Below, one piece after another: positions 1 to 11,497 of a stretch of DNA of 64,000 nucleotides. Numbering within the stretch: the stretch's first letter is position 1; each line of letters opens with the position of its first letter. Source of the DNA: Podarcis muralis (lineage: Eukaryota); NCBI RefSeq assembly GCF_964188315.1, contig NC_135671.1:10106001-10170000 (forward strand), in the 5' to 3' direction. The notes beneath the pieces are model-generated. The model worked only from the letters and a program-made list of their open reading frames with translations, searched no databases and was not told the origin of the DNA. The position numbers and the translations under genes are program-made.

Positions 1-83
1 TGCATTCGCCCCATAGGACGCACACACATTTCCCCTTCATTTTTGGAGGGCGAAAAGTGCGTCCTATAGGGCGAAAAATACGG
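1..83. mobile_element. Right end of a Tc1/mariner-superfamily (Tc2-like) MITE
   Basis: ...GCGTCCTATAGGGCGAAAAATACGG followed by TA; same family as 913-1249. Confidence 0.7.
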
Positions 84-248
84 TAATTTTACAGGCCTTG
101 ATGACTTGGGAAATGGTAGTTTTATTTTCCCAGGGCAAGACTGCATCTAAGGGGGGTATGCAAGAAAGAGACCAATATGGAATGTAGTTCTCGTCTACAT
201 ATTTTATATACATTTCAGTTGAACTCAGTTCTGTTAATCAGCACTTAC

Positions 249-3200
249 CAGTCGAGTGCATTATGCCTCCAAGGAAAACAGGTCGGAAGCGCAGCTCCAT
301 GTTCCAGATGGGACGGTAGCGGCAGAGAACCTACATCAGTGAGGAAAGTTGATCGATGATCAGTAGCAGCTCAAAACTCACATGCGAGGAGAGGCAGAGA
401 GAGACGGACAGAGGCAGAGAAATAAAGCTATCTAGAGCCAGCAGGTGGGTATGGAAGGCAACTTTTGCAAGGCAGATTCAAAACAGCATCTGTGTTAGTC
501 TGCAACAGGGTAAAAGAGACAGGTTGCAGGTGGTACTTCAGAAGCAGGCTCACCATTGCATGAACTTTTGTAGGGAACAAACTACTTCATCAGATGCAAG
601 ATGAAGAATGTATCATGAACAGACAGCTGGGTTGGGGGAAGCCCAAAGATAAAATCAAGTTAATGCCAGAAAACAGGAGGAATGCAAGGACACTGGTTGG
701 CTAGAGTTCTAAGGTAAGGTAAAGGTAAAGGGACCCCTGACCATTAGATCTAGTCGTGACCGACTCTGGGGTTGCAGCGTTCATCTCACTTTATTGGCCG
801 AGGGAGCCGGCGTACAGCTTCCGGGTCATGTGGCCAGCATGACTAAGCCACTTCTGGCGAACTAGAGCAGCACACGGAAACGCCGTTTACCTTCCCACCG
901 GAGCAGTACCTACCGTATTTTTCGCCCTACAGGACGCACTTTTTCCCCTCCAAAAATGAAGGGGAAATGTGTGTGCGTCCTATGGGGCGAAAGCAGGCTT
1001 TCGCTGAAGCCTCTCGCTCTCCACGCTTCAGGAAGCTATCCGCTAGCGGAGAGCTTGCCTGCACCCAGAAGCTTGGGGCGCGCTGAGCTCCCACGGCTTG
1101 CGGATAGCAGCCTGTTCTGGGGGCTGGGGCTTCCCCTGCCCCAGCCCCAGCCCCACACCTGGGGGGGAATTATTTTTTTTCTTTCTTTCCCCCCCAAAAA
1201 ACTAGGTGCGTCCTATGGGCTGGTGCGTCCTATGGGGCGAAAAATACAGTATTTATCTACTTGCACGTTGACGTGCTTTCGAACTGCTAGGTTGGCAGGA
1301 GCAGGTACCGAGCAATGGGAGCTCACCCCGTGGTGGGGATTCGAACCCCCGATCTTCTGATCTTCAAGCCCTAGGCTCAGTGGTTTAACCCACAGCGCCA
1401 CCCGCGTCCCTTATCTGAACAGTAGCCTTGACTATTTGTGCAAACTACGGAGGAATCTTAATTGGGCTGGGGCATGAGCTGGAAAGGATGAGAAGGCGGC
1501 CATCTAGCCTTGTCAAATAAATGGCAGGATCAACCAACTCCTGTATTCCTCTGGTGATTAATCATCTAGACCAGGGGTCTGCAACCTTTAAGACAAAAAG
1601 AGCCACTTGGACCCATTTCCGAAGGGAAAAAACTGGGAGCCGCAAAACTCGTCATTATACAAATAACTTTTTTGTCACTTTTTTATTATTTCTTTGTTTG
1701 ACCCCTGAGAATTACTCCTCCTCATAGAAATAAACATTAAATTAACAAGTTACCTTTTTTGTGTGTGTGTTCTTCACTCCCCTTCAAAACAGTGACCAGC
1801 ATACATGCCCCTTACAATGTAGCGGGCGGGCGGGAAGGTGACGTCGGGACGGTGTGTGACTAACGCATGCACCGCCCCCATTGCGACGTCACAGCCAGTA
1901 CAGCGCCCGCCACAGTGAGGAGTGTCGGGGCGCACAATGCACCTCCTCCCCTCGCTAGTATCCGCCCCGGAGCCGCAGGAAAGGTGTAAAAGAGCCACAT
2001 GCGGCTCCGGAGCCGCGGGTTGCTGACCCCTGATCTAGACAAACACCTGCCCAAACTTCCTGCATCATTGCACATGCCACTCTACAAGTTTTCTAAAGCC
2101 AACCCCCGCGTCATGCTAGCTATGAACATCATTTCTAAACTTTAAAATTTCTATACTTAAGGCAAAGGCAACCCCCTTCTGCATTCAGGATGAATGCTCT
2201 ATGGGCAGACTGGTTGGAAGCGACCTCTATACAGCCTGGCAAACTATTTGGTTCAATTCCTAATGAACACCCACAATCGGAACATGGAAGAGATGAGTAA
2301 CAGTTGGAAAGTTGCAACACTTTCAGCAGCAGCAGTAAACAAGGCAAAGTTCAGACAAAGGTATTTATACTGTACAAAGGTACCGGGTATTTGGAAAGCT
2401 GAGATCCCTCTGGGTATCTGCGAAAGCTGCCAGAGCTGCTTCCACTTCAGTCATTTCCTTTATTTTATTTATAAAATGCCCTTAGAATTACCGTCCTGTG
2501 CTCACTCAATTTTATGCAGCAGTCAGATGGCAGTATTATCACAATAACTGTTGGGTAAGACCAGGGGTCAGCAAACTTTTTCATCAGGGGGCCGGTCCAC
2601 TGTCCCTCAGACCTTGTGGGGGGCCGGACTATATTTTTTTTGGGGGGGGGAATGAATGAATTCTTATGTCCCACAAATAACCCAGAGATGCATTTTAAAT
2701 AAAAGCACACATTGTACTCATGTAAAAACATGCTGATTTTGTGCACGGGGCGGATTTAGAAGGCGATTGGGCCAGATCCAGCCCCTGGGCCTTAGTTTGC
2801 CTACCCATGGGTAAGACTCTCCCCTAAAAAAAGCTCATCAACTCTGGGCAATGACAATAGATCACTGCCAGTTTTATTATATTGGCAGTAGATCGCAGTC
2901 TCTAAAGAGTTGGACATGCCTTCTAGTCCAACCCCCTGCAATGCAGAAATCTGCAGCTGCCCCATACAGGATCGAACCTGCAACCTTGGCATTATCCGCA
3001 CCAGGCTGTAACCAGCTGAGCTACCTTTGCACCTGGTTCCTGTGCAAGGTGGCAGTACCTGGAAGGGTGCTCCCGGGTGAAATCCCTGCGTGGAATTGCA
3101 GCCTCGGACTGGCAGTGGGTGCAGTTTTAGATTTAACGGGTTGTTCTTCCAGAATATAATATTGTAATCCAAACACCTGTTGGCCTCACTCTGCGTTTCG

Positions 3201-3682
3201 CAGCCCTCCGCGCAGCAGCCGACGCGGGGACTAAATGCCTTAACAGCCCGGGGCGCGTCACGAGCGCTCAGGGGCGACCGGGCGACCACTTATTTAACTA
3301 CCGCGATCGACCGGAACCACACCGGCGATCCACCTGTCGATCGCAGGTCAGCCAGGACACTTCCGACTTTGCAATTCTACTTTTCGGGACCCTCCTAAGT
3401 ACGGAAGGAAACCCGACGCGACCCACGGAGAGTGGACATCTGAGCAAAACAAAGTTGCGCCGGAGTTCTTGGAGAGGGGCGCAAGGGCGGCTGTGCCAGC
3501 AGGGTGCTGCAATCTGGGGGGAGAGGGGGGGACTGTCCCGGTCCCCCCTCCATGCCCCCTTCTTCCACCGCTGTTACCTCGAATCCCAGCCAGGAATACG
3601 GAGACAGCACGTCGTAGAAACACTCCACCAGTTTCTTGCTGCTGCTGCTGCTGCGCAAACCTTGGCGCGCCGCCGCCGCCAT
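249..3682 (-). CDS. GSTK1: Glutathione S-transferase kappa 1(-like), coding exons 1-2 (partial; gene continues beyond the left edge)
   Basis: Exon 1 CDS 3578-3682 gives MAAAARQGLRSSSSSKKLVECFYDVLSPYSWLGFE, donor GTAAC. Exon 2 249-330 (82 nt) gives VLCRYRPIWNMELRFRPVFLGGIMHST(G), AG acceptor and GTAAG donor. FYDVLSPYSWLGFE is the kappa-class catalytic Ser motif. Confidence 0.9.
711..1410 (-). mobile_element. Sauria SINE interrupted by a MITE
   Basis: AAGGTAAAGG tail to ...CGCCACCCGCGTCCC head; continuous once 913-1251 is removed. Confidence 0.9.
913..1249. mobile_element. Tc1/mariner-superfamily (Tc2-like) MITE nested in a Sauria SINE
   Basis: TIRs CCGTATTTTTCGCCCTACAGGACGCAC / GTGCGTCCTATGGGGCGAAAAATACAG; TA target duplication at 911-912 and 1250-1251. 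Confidence 0.85.
1572..2032. mobile_element. hAT (Charlie-type) non-autonomous transposon
   Basis: CAGGGGTC...GACCCCTG termini; 8-bp TSD ATCTAGAC at 1564-1571 and 2033-2040. Confidence 0.88.
2562..2809. mobile_element. hAT non-autonomous transposon
   Basis: CAGGGGTCAGCAAAC / GTTTGCCTACCCATG termini; 8-bp TSD GGTAAGAC. Confidence 0.8.
2900..3022 (-). mobile_element. tRNA-derived SINE fragment
   Basis: Reverse complement has TAGCTCAGCTGG A-box-like and GGTTCGATCC B-box-like motifs followed by non-tRNA sequence. Confidence 0.5.
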
Positions 3683-3920
3683 AGCCCTCCCTGGGCTGCC
3701 GGCTGAGCCGGAGAGGAGAGGACGGGGCGCTCGCGCGAGGAAGGCCAGCATGAGATGGGGAAACGGGGGCTGCACCTCGACGGAAAAGCACCTCCTCGCT
3801 CGGGACGGTCGAAGGTCTCCGGGGCTCCGCCTTCCTTTGGCTCAAGGGCCGAATCACATGAGGCCGAGGGAGGGAGGCTGCTCGCTGCCGGCCCCCAGCG
3901 GCAACCACGCGCTCAAGTCC
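3180..3920. promoter_or_regulatory. CpG island over the GSTK1 promoter and exon 1
   Basis: Visibly GC- and CpG-dense segment containing the first coding exon. Confidence 0.7.
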
Positions 3921-4034
3921 CATTTCCATTTTATTTCTTTAAAAATATGGCGTTTTAAACATTGGTCCCACCGTTAAGGAGAATCATGTATAATGGACCA
4001 GCTAATAATTCCTTCCTTATTAGAAATTAAAAGA

Positions 4035-4475
4035 AAAGCCCAGAACTTGTTCATGTACGCCACAGCCGCCGCAAGAACTTTACTGGCCCGAAAGATGGAA
4101 AACACAAGATTTACCAACCACCCAGGAGTGGCAGGTGAAGATGATAGATTTTGTGAAACTTGCCAAATTGACAGGAAGGATCCGGGACCAAGAGGACCAG
4201 AGATACAATAACAATTGGAATAAATTTATTGAATATATAAAGGAGAACAACAAAAATATTAAGACACTAGCAGGACTGGAATAACACCTCCAATGTAAAA
4301 CAGTAGAGTTATGACAATAATATACGCAAAAAGTATGTGATGTATATACCAGCGGTCGGGAGGGAGGGAAGTCAGGGCTCGGCAGAGTCAAAGGGATTAT
4401 AATGTGACAATAAGGATTGTTGGAAAAATAATTTTATTGTTGAAAACAATAAAAATTTATTTGCAAAAAATAATA
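4035..4475 (+). mobile_element. L1 LINE 3' fragment
   Basis: Frameshifted LFMYATAAARTLLA..KWK...EWQVKM...NWNKFIEY resembles an L1 ORF2 C-terminus; A-rich end. Confidence 0.65.
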
Positions 4476-4556
4476 ATTTCTTCCTTCCTTCGTTTTATTT
4501 GTTTGCCACTTTTTGCACCCAGGCACAAAAATCAACAACAAAGACGGACTTACTGA

Positions 4557-4598
4557 TGGTATCTGAAGAAGTGTGCATGCACACGAAAGCTCATACCA
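4557..4598 (+). ncRNA. Minimal type I hammerhead ribozyme motif (Penelope-like element remnant)
   Basis: TGGTAT-CTGAAGA-A-GTGTGCATGCACAC-GAAA-GCTC-ATACCA: helix I 6 bp, CUGANGA core, helix II hairpin, GAAA, palindromic AGCT helix III, UC cleavage site. Confidence 0.65.
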
Positions 4599-6229
4599 AT
4601 AACAAACTTAGTTGGTCTCTCGGGTGCTACTGGAAGGATTTTTTTAAAATTTATTTTACTGAAGAATATTATTGTTCCTGACAACCCTGATGAAATTAAT
4701 ATTTTTAAGCTGCTTCTAGAATGCTTTTAACGGTCGAGAAATGACAAGAAATTACTATCTTCACTTGTGCTACTCTCAGCTGAGCACCAGCTTTTGCAAG
4801 AGGAAGAAAGAAATCTGAAGGTTTTGTTAAGAAACAAAAGAAAGACCACAATGTACATAATCTGAAGGTAACCAGTTTATGAATCAGTATTCCCTGCTCT
4901 CTTGGTCGAGAGAGGGTCACAGACACTTCCAACACAAAGATGGATCCACAATCAACTCTATAGATTGTGATCATGTCCCTTCAGAGAAGTGGACCACCAC
5001 AAACCCATGTAGATGAACCACCCACCGAAAGGACTAATCTGCATTCTATTTCAGTTTACTGGACCTCATCCACTTCATAGCACACCCAGACACTGGTTTA
5101 CCCAATCTGTCTCACCTGAAATGGATGAATAAGCGTTGGGTGTCATCTGCATATCGATGACACTTTGCTACAAACTCCCAGATGACCTCAGTTAGCAGTT
5201 TTATACAGCTTTGAGTGGCTCTCTAGGCATTGTAGCATTCCAGCTCCCTTCAATCCCAGTCAGCATTGCCAAAAGTCAGGAATGTGGGTTTGGGAAGTGT
5301 TTGGAGTTTGGCAATACCTGGATAGCTAGAGGTTTTTCAGCCCTGAAAAACCAATGGGCGACGAGATGGAATCCCATAGCACAGATTCCATGGAATTTAG
5401 CAATAGTCCCCCCTCCACCACAGATAGCTTGATAATGAGCTACACCATGAGCCATGAAGAGCTGGCAGAGCTACCATGCATCCGTCTTCTCCAGCCAGCT
5501 GATCAGCAGATCTATTCTCCCGCTTGCCCACCAACTCCCTGTCACCTCCACTTCAAACTGGGTGTGCATATTGCTTCCTCCCTATTCCTTGGGGTTTACT
5601 TCACTGACACGCTCTAGGATGAGCACAGAAACACAAGGTTTTCCCCATTATCTTTTCACCCCATTCTTGCCTCAGGGAGGTTCACATGCTTTTCCCATCT
5701 TCCTTTATTCTCGCAACAGAACATGCCTGGCTCTGAATGCAAGATACCCATTTATACCCCAACTAAAGACCAAAATGCAGGCGCTTTGACAGAAGCATCA
5801 TCAGTTGCAGTGCAATCCTTGCACAATGGATAGGTTTTTATAAACTGCTTTGAGGGTTGCTTTTTCTTTTTTTAACCATCAAGCAATGTAAAGGTTTTAT
5901 GAAATAAAAGTAAATAAATATATAAGTGGCTCAGGCCATTATTAAAATCTGTTGGGGAGGGGGGGAATTATTGGGCTGTTCTTATTTTTGTAATGTATTT
6001 TGTAGTTTGATATTGTGATTTTATATTCAGATGTTGTGATTTTATATTGTGAACGGCCCTGAGACCTGCGGGTATAGGGCAGTATACAAATTTAATAAAT
6101 AAATAATAATAATAATTTGTCTGGCTTTTGTGCACTTCATCCTACAATGGATTCCAACTACTAGAATCAGTTTTTGATTTCCAACAAATGCCATGGTGCA
6201 AACTCTTATGAGGCAGCATCTCTTTACAG

Positions 6230-6365
6230 CAGGCACCCCCAAACTCGGCCCTCCAGATGTTTTGGGACTACAATTCCCATCATCCCTGACCACTGGTCCT
6301 GTTAGCTAGGGATGATGGGAATTGTAGTCCCAAAACATCTGCAGGGCCAAGTTTGGGGGTGCCTG
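6230..6365. mobile_element. Palindromic hAT MITE
   Basis: Near-perfect fold-back; 8-bp TSD CTTTACAG at 6222-6229 and 6366-6373. Confidence 0.85.
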
Positions 6366-6550
6366 CTTTACAGGAAGCATAACAATACACTTTGAATAAA
6401 TGAAGTCTGCTTTTTATTTAACGTATCAGTGTGAGAAATTACTGGGTGTCACTTACATGTTTCCAAAGGTATTAGTACTGGCCACACAAAATGTAGTATG
6501 AAATACTTGTACATACAGACTTAAGTTTCCAAGGCTGACAGTGATGAAAA

Positions 6551-6684
6551 CAGTGTTTCCCAACCTTGTGCCTCCAGCTGTTTTTGGACTACAATTCCCA
6601 TCATCCCTTGCCACTGGTCTTGCTAGTCAGGGATGATGGGAGTTGTAGTTCAAAAACAGCTGGAGGCACAAGGTTGGGAAACAC
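6551..6684. mobile_element. Palindromic hAT-type MITE, related family
   Basis: Fold-back around GGACTACAATTCCCATCATCCC...GGGATGATGGGAGTTGTAGT. Confidence 0.7.
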
Positions 6685-7150
6685 GCATTCCTATGCCACC
6701 CAGTCAGTTCATCTTTTGAAGTTGTGTACTGAAATCTATTTATTACACAAGCAAACAGGCCAACTGTATTGCCTAGAAGTGCAACAACGACACCCCCTAC
6801 AAGCGGCTGACTTGTAACTTACTGTCCTATTATCTGGAAAAGTCTAAATTACAGCAGCAGCGCAAGGAAACCAAGTGTTCTTTCACACAGACAGCTGAGA
6901 ATTAGATACTGCTTCGATTTTCACAAATATTGCCGCATGAAAAGTAATATATGCAAACCTCCTGCTTGCTAGATAAATATGAAGGAGATGATTTTATGCC
7001 ATTTGTACTTTGCGCATTAGTGAATCTGACAACAGCTCTTCCAGCAACTGTTTATTGATGTAAATAAGTTTGTGTTTGACACTTGAGATCCAACTACTTC
7101 AAAATTTCATATATTGGATATTAAAAGGTGAAGATGAAGATCAAGCCGGT

Positions 7151-10100
7151 TTATTTCAGTATTGAATCGTCGCTAGCTGAAAAGGAAAGAATAAAACGAT
7201 TAAGATAATTGGTTCAGCATTCAAATAACACCAGAGTATACAGACTAAATATACTGCAGCAAGCCACGTCAGATATACTGTTGGCAGCTGATTTCTGCAG
7301 TCTTCATTAAATACTGTAAGATGGTCAAGAATGCAGCCATTTAATTGTCCCCATAATATGAGATACATTGTAATATAAGATGAAAGAAGGGGTTCATAGG
7401 TGGTTACATATATCTGAAGCATGCATCAAGCATTTTACAACAAATTCCCATTTTTAAACCACACATAGTAGTTAACAGGAGCTTGTTAAACATCCTATTT
7501 GTTACATCTGCTTCCAAGTATTTTTCTAACTGCACTAGAAGACAACTGCCCCAAACACCATGCAATTTAGTCAGTTATTGTTTAATAGGAAGTGAATTTC
7601 CTATACTCATAACTGGTATTACTATTTCTTCTCAGTTATTTCCAAAAGCTGCTCTTAGCAAGGAAAGAATTGCGCAGAGAGCCATACACAAGGAAGCTGG
7701 TACTATTCTGAAAGATGTTCCAAATTGTTCTTAGCTTTGAGTCTCTTATAGGTTTACAGGGGGCGGGTGAGGGAATAAATTTCTTTTTAAGGCAGATCAT
7801 CAAAAGAATGTACAAAAACAATTTTTTCTTGTAGAACAAGCTTCTCTTTGAAATAAGCCATGGAAAGTACAGAATATCAACTGTGGAATTCTGCTCACAG
7901 AAATCCAGTCTATTGAGCAGTTTCTGTTCTTTTGCTTCCCAAAGGTTAACTCTTCAATTAAGTCCTTTTTAGTGACTAGAATTTTAAGTGTCACCTATGA
8001 TCATTTCCATCACATGACCTGATAGACTTGAGACATTGTACTCTAAGATTTTATACACACACACACACACACACACTTGTTTTTAAACTTAAAAGATGGA
8101 CTATATTTAGGAAAAATACCTTCTGCCAGTGCTTTTGCAATTCGTTCCATTTCCTCACGCTTCTTCTTCTCCTCTGCTTCTATTCTCCTTTCCTCCTCAG
8201 CAATAGGCTTCAAATAGTCTATAATAAAAAAAAGGATTTTCAAGATCACTGTATATTTACAAATGCATTATAATCTTTCTGACCAATGGAAGACTTGCTC
8301 AGTAAATATTGAGTGTTCATCGTATACTACATATTGCTTCAACCTATTAGATACATGCAATATTTCAAAGTTTAAGTGAAATACATCAGAAATGCCTCAG
8401 GAGAACCATAGCGCTTTAGGTGGACTCAAATTTAAAAACATGGCCCTTTCTGCATTTCTGAACACTGGCAGAAGCAGTGGATTCCCAAGCTGGCCAGAAA
8501 GGAGAAAGGTGGCCAGTAGTGGTGTCAGCTGGCCTGGGGATCTGGATCCCAGAGCTGGCAGGCTGAAGAGCCAGTGGGGCTTGGGGGCTGCTGGGGGGCT
8601 GCTGAAGCCTGTCCTGGATGTCCCTATGCAGCTCGTCTGGGCCACCTATGCACTGCTTCTCTCCACACTGTAATTTACAGTGCCACCAGTGAGTGGCGAA
8701 GCAAACTGCGGGGTGATGACGCTCTTACATTTTTTTATATGTACAGATATGTACCAACAGTGAACTTACTACTTGGAATTCTTTCCAGAAGATAGATTCT
8801 ACAATACAATTTCCCCACTTTATGTAAATTATTTTTGGTTTTATTGTTACAAAGCTTTGGAAAGATAAACACAGATACACTAAGTCGAAATATATAGAAA
8901 ATAAAAAAATTGTCCAGTAGCACCTTAGAGAACAACTAAATTTGTCTTAGTTAACAAGCTTAGTTGGTCTCTAAGGTGCTACTGGACAATTTTTTATTTT
9001 TTTATATATTTCGACTGTGTCAGACCAACATGGCTACATACCTGAATACAGAAACACTACTTGAACTCATCAGGAATATTTTCTACAATAGCTTTTAAAA
9101 CACTTTATAGAAAGTCTTTCATTGAACATGTGCATGTTATTCCCATCTTAAAAACCCCCAACACAAATAAACTCAAAAGCCTCGGGATTCCTGACTGATC
9201 CAAGTGACCAGGCACTCTTTTTGCAACTGAGGATCTATTCTAGAACATCTTGCAAGGGATTTATAAGAAAGAGGAACACTTTAATACAAGAAGCAACAGA
9301 GGAGAAAAGCAGAAGTATTTGCATAATGTAAATCCATGGAGAATCACAAGCGTCTGGAATGTAGAATCACTGCCTATCTTCATATTTACAATTTAGTTTT
9401 CAAGCGCAAATGCAAAAAACTGAATATGGTTAATTGATCAATTAGAAGCTTATATAAGCACAAGGGACCTGATGCCCTTCAGATCTTGTTGGATTCTCAA
9501 CTTCCACCAGCCCTGTCATAGACAACAGCCAGGGATACTGAGAGTTGTAGAACAACATCTGGAGGACCGCAGCCTCCCCAACCCTCGATTAGATAACAGT
9601 TTTCCTTACCATATCTTTTCTTTCCATAGACTATCCCAATGAGCAGTGCTGAATACCTGCCAAACTGTAAAATAAATTGCACAAGGATGAAACAGAAAGA
9701 ACATGTCTTAAATACACAAACACATACACACTTTACCTTGCAGTTCTCAGATTTTAAGGACTACACAATTTAGAGCAGGTTTGGGGAACCTTTGGCTCTC
9801 CATATTTTGCAGAACTATAACTCCCATCACTTCAGCAGCATCTGGTGGTCCAAAGGTTCCCTATTCCTGATTTAGGACAAGCCTTTTACACTACAGCTAA
9901 AATAGAAGGCCAAGCACCTTCAGTTAAAAGTCAAATAGGAGGACATTCCATTCTGGAAATGATTTCACAAAAAAAGGATTGTATTCGGTTAAGTTTTACT
10001 CAAAGTAATGATTTTTGCTCAATTATGAATATTGAGTGAAGAGCCAAATGCTTGCGTAAGTACCTTTACCCATTTTAACATTCTGCCCATGTTTGTTTTA

Positions 10101-11497
10101 ACAAATTTTACATACCACTTGATTACAACAGAACCTCTAAGCTGCTTACAAGAATAACAAAACTATCAACAGAAAACATTTAAAAGCAAGTAATTAAAAA
10201 CAATTAAAATCAGCAGTTAACTAAACAGAGATTAAAACACATCAACATATCTAGATAGGTTTGCCCAAATAAACACACACACACACAAAATATGCAGGCA
10301 CCAAAGATAATAGAATAAAGGCCTGATCTCTAAAGACAGGGAGTTCCAATGCACAACTGATGCCACACTAAAACTACAAGCAAAAACAGTTGGCTTTCCA
10401 ATTAGCTTCCTCTCATTTCAGCTATTACAGTTCATATTCCTGCTGAGCATCTGAAAATGCCTTTTAGTATATTTGCATAAGACACACAACATTCACACAC
10501 ACACACTTTGCATTTTGAGTTGTTAGCTACCTTGCAGGCATTAACTCCAGAAAATCCAGGCTGAAGGTATTTTCATAAGTAAACACATTAACAGATTAGA
10601 GGGTGAATGGCAAGCCCACCGGAAGGCTTTTAGGAGGGCGGAAAACAATCAATTGGAAAACGGTTATTGAATACAGCGGACGCTTGGGTTGCAAACGTGA
10701 TCCGTGCGAGAAGCATGTTCGCAACCCACAGCATTCACCACCCGCAGCGCTGCGTCTGCACACGTGTGGGTCGCGAATCGGGGCTTCTGCGCATGCACAA
10801 AGTGTGATTTAGTGCTTCTGCACATGCGCCGAAACCCAGAAGTAACCCATTCCAGTACTTCCAGGTTCGGCATGGTGTGCAACCCAAAGCGTCTGTAACC
10901 CGAGGTATGACTGTATATGGGAAATACTGTGTACACCTGAAAACGCTGGCAGCATTAAGGTAAATTCAACAGTGTAAATAAGTTTTGATGGATGCAATAA
11001 TGGAATACTTAATGGCATTGGGTTTTTTTTTTGAAAACATGCAGGGATTTATGAACCATGGAAAGAGAAGAAGCGAAGTCACGGATATCTTGAGGATGTA
11101 AAAATGAGTAGTTTAAATTGGTGGTGGTGATGATGATGATGGGATGGTGAAGGTTGGTTCTTGGCCTGACCCAGCAGGGCTCTCCCTATCCTCGCAGGCC
11201 CTTCAAGAGGGGCCTGGGAACCAGAGCCGACCCCGTCTCCCCGCCGCCTGAGGCTTCCAGCAACCGGCATTCGGACGCCCAGCTGCCTCGGACGCGCAGG
11301 CGCAGAAGGCCAGGCGCTTCCCAGCCGCTCTCCTTGACCTCCTCCTCCTCCGAGGTCACCTTCCGGCAGAGGAGGGGAAGCGCCTGACTCGGGTCCCCGC
11401 CGCGCGCGGGTGGCTGGCCGCCCCGAGAGAGCGAGCGACGCCGGACATGGGGCTCCGTTACCTTGATCAGCGGGGAAACCTCCACCGGCGGGATCAT
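7151..11497 (-). CDS. ATP5ME: ATP synthase membrane subunit e, 4 exons, 71 aa
   Basis: Exons 11462-11497, 9610-9664, 8120-8218 and 7151-7176, all GT-AG, total 216 nt. Protein: MIPPVEVSPLIKFGRYSALLIGIVYGKKRYDYLKPIAEEERRIEAEEKKKREEMERIAKALAEASDDSILK*. AATAAA on the minus strand at about 7052-7057. Confidence 0.96.
8883..9045. mobile_element. Penelope-like terminal remnant, inverted repeat with about 57-bp arms, ribozyme core absent
   Basis: 8883-8939 and 8960-9015 are near reverse complements; same family motif as 53233. Confidence 0.6.
10674..10913. mobile_element. Tc1/mariner (Tigger-like) MITE
   Basis: TA-CAG...CTG-TA ends; same family as 28260 and 58065. Confidence 0.7.

Noticed and set aside
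2801-3289. 162-aa minus-strand ORF with weak resemblance to GSTK1 exon 2 (CLDYNIIFWKNNPLNLKLHP)
   Set aside because: The true exon 2 is at 249-330 with proper splice sites; this intronic ORF has no polypyrimidine acceptor and overlaps a SINE
11079-11270. ORF with a poly-His run
   Set aside because: A short trinucleotide repeat in ATP5ME intron 1; no coding support
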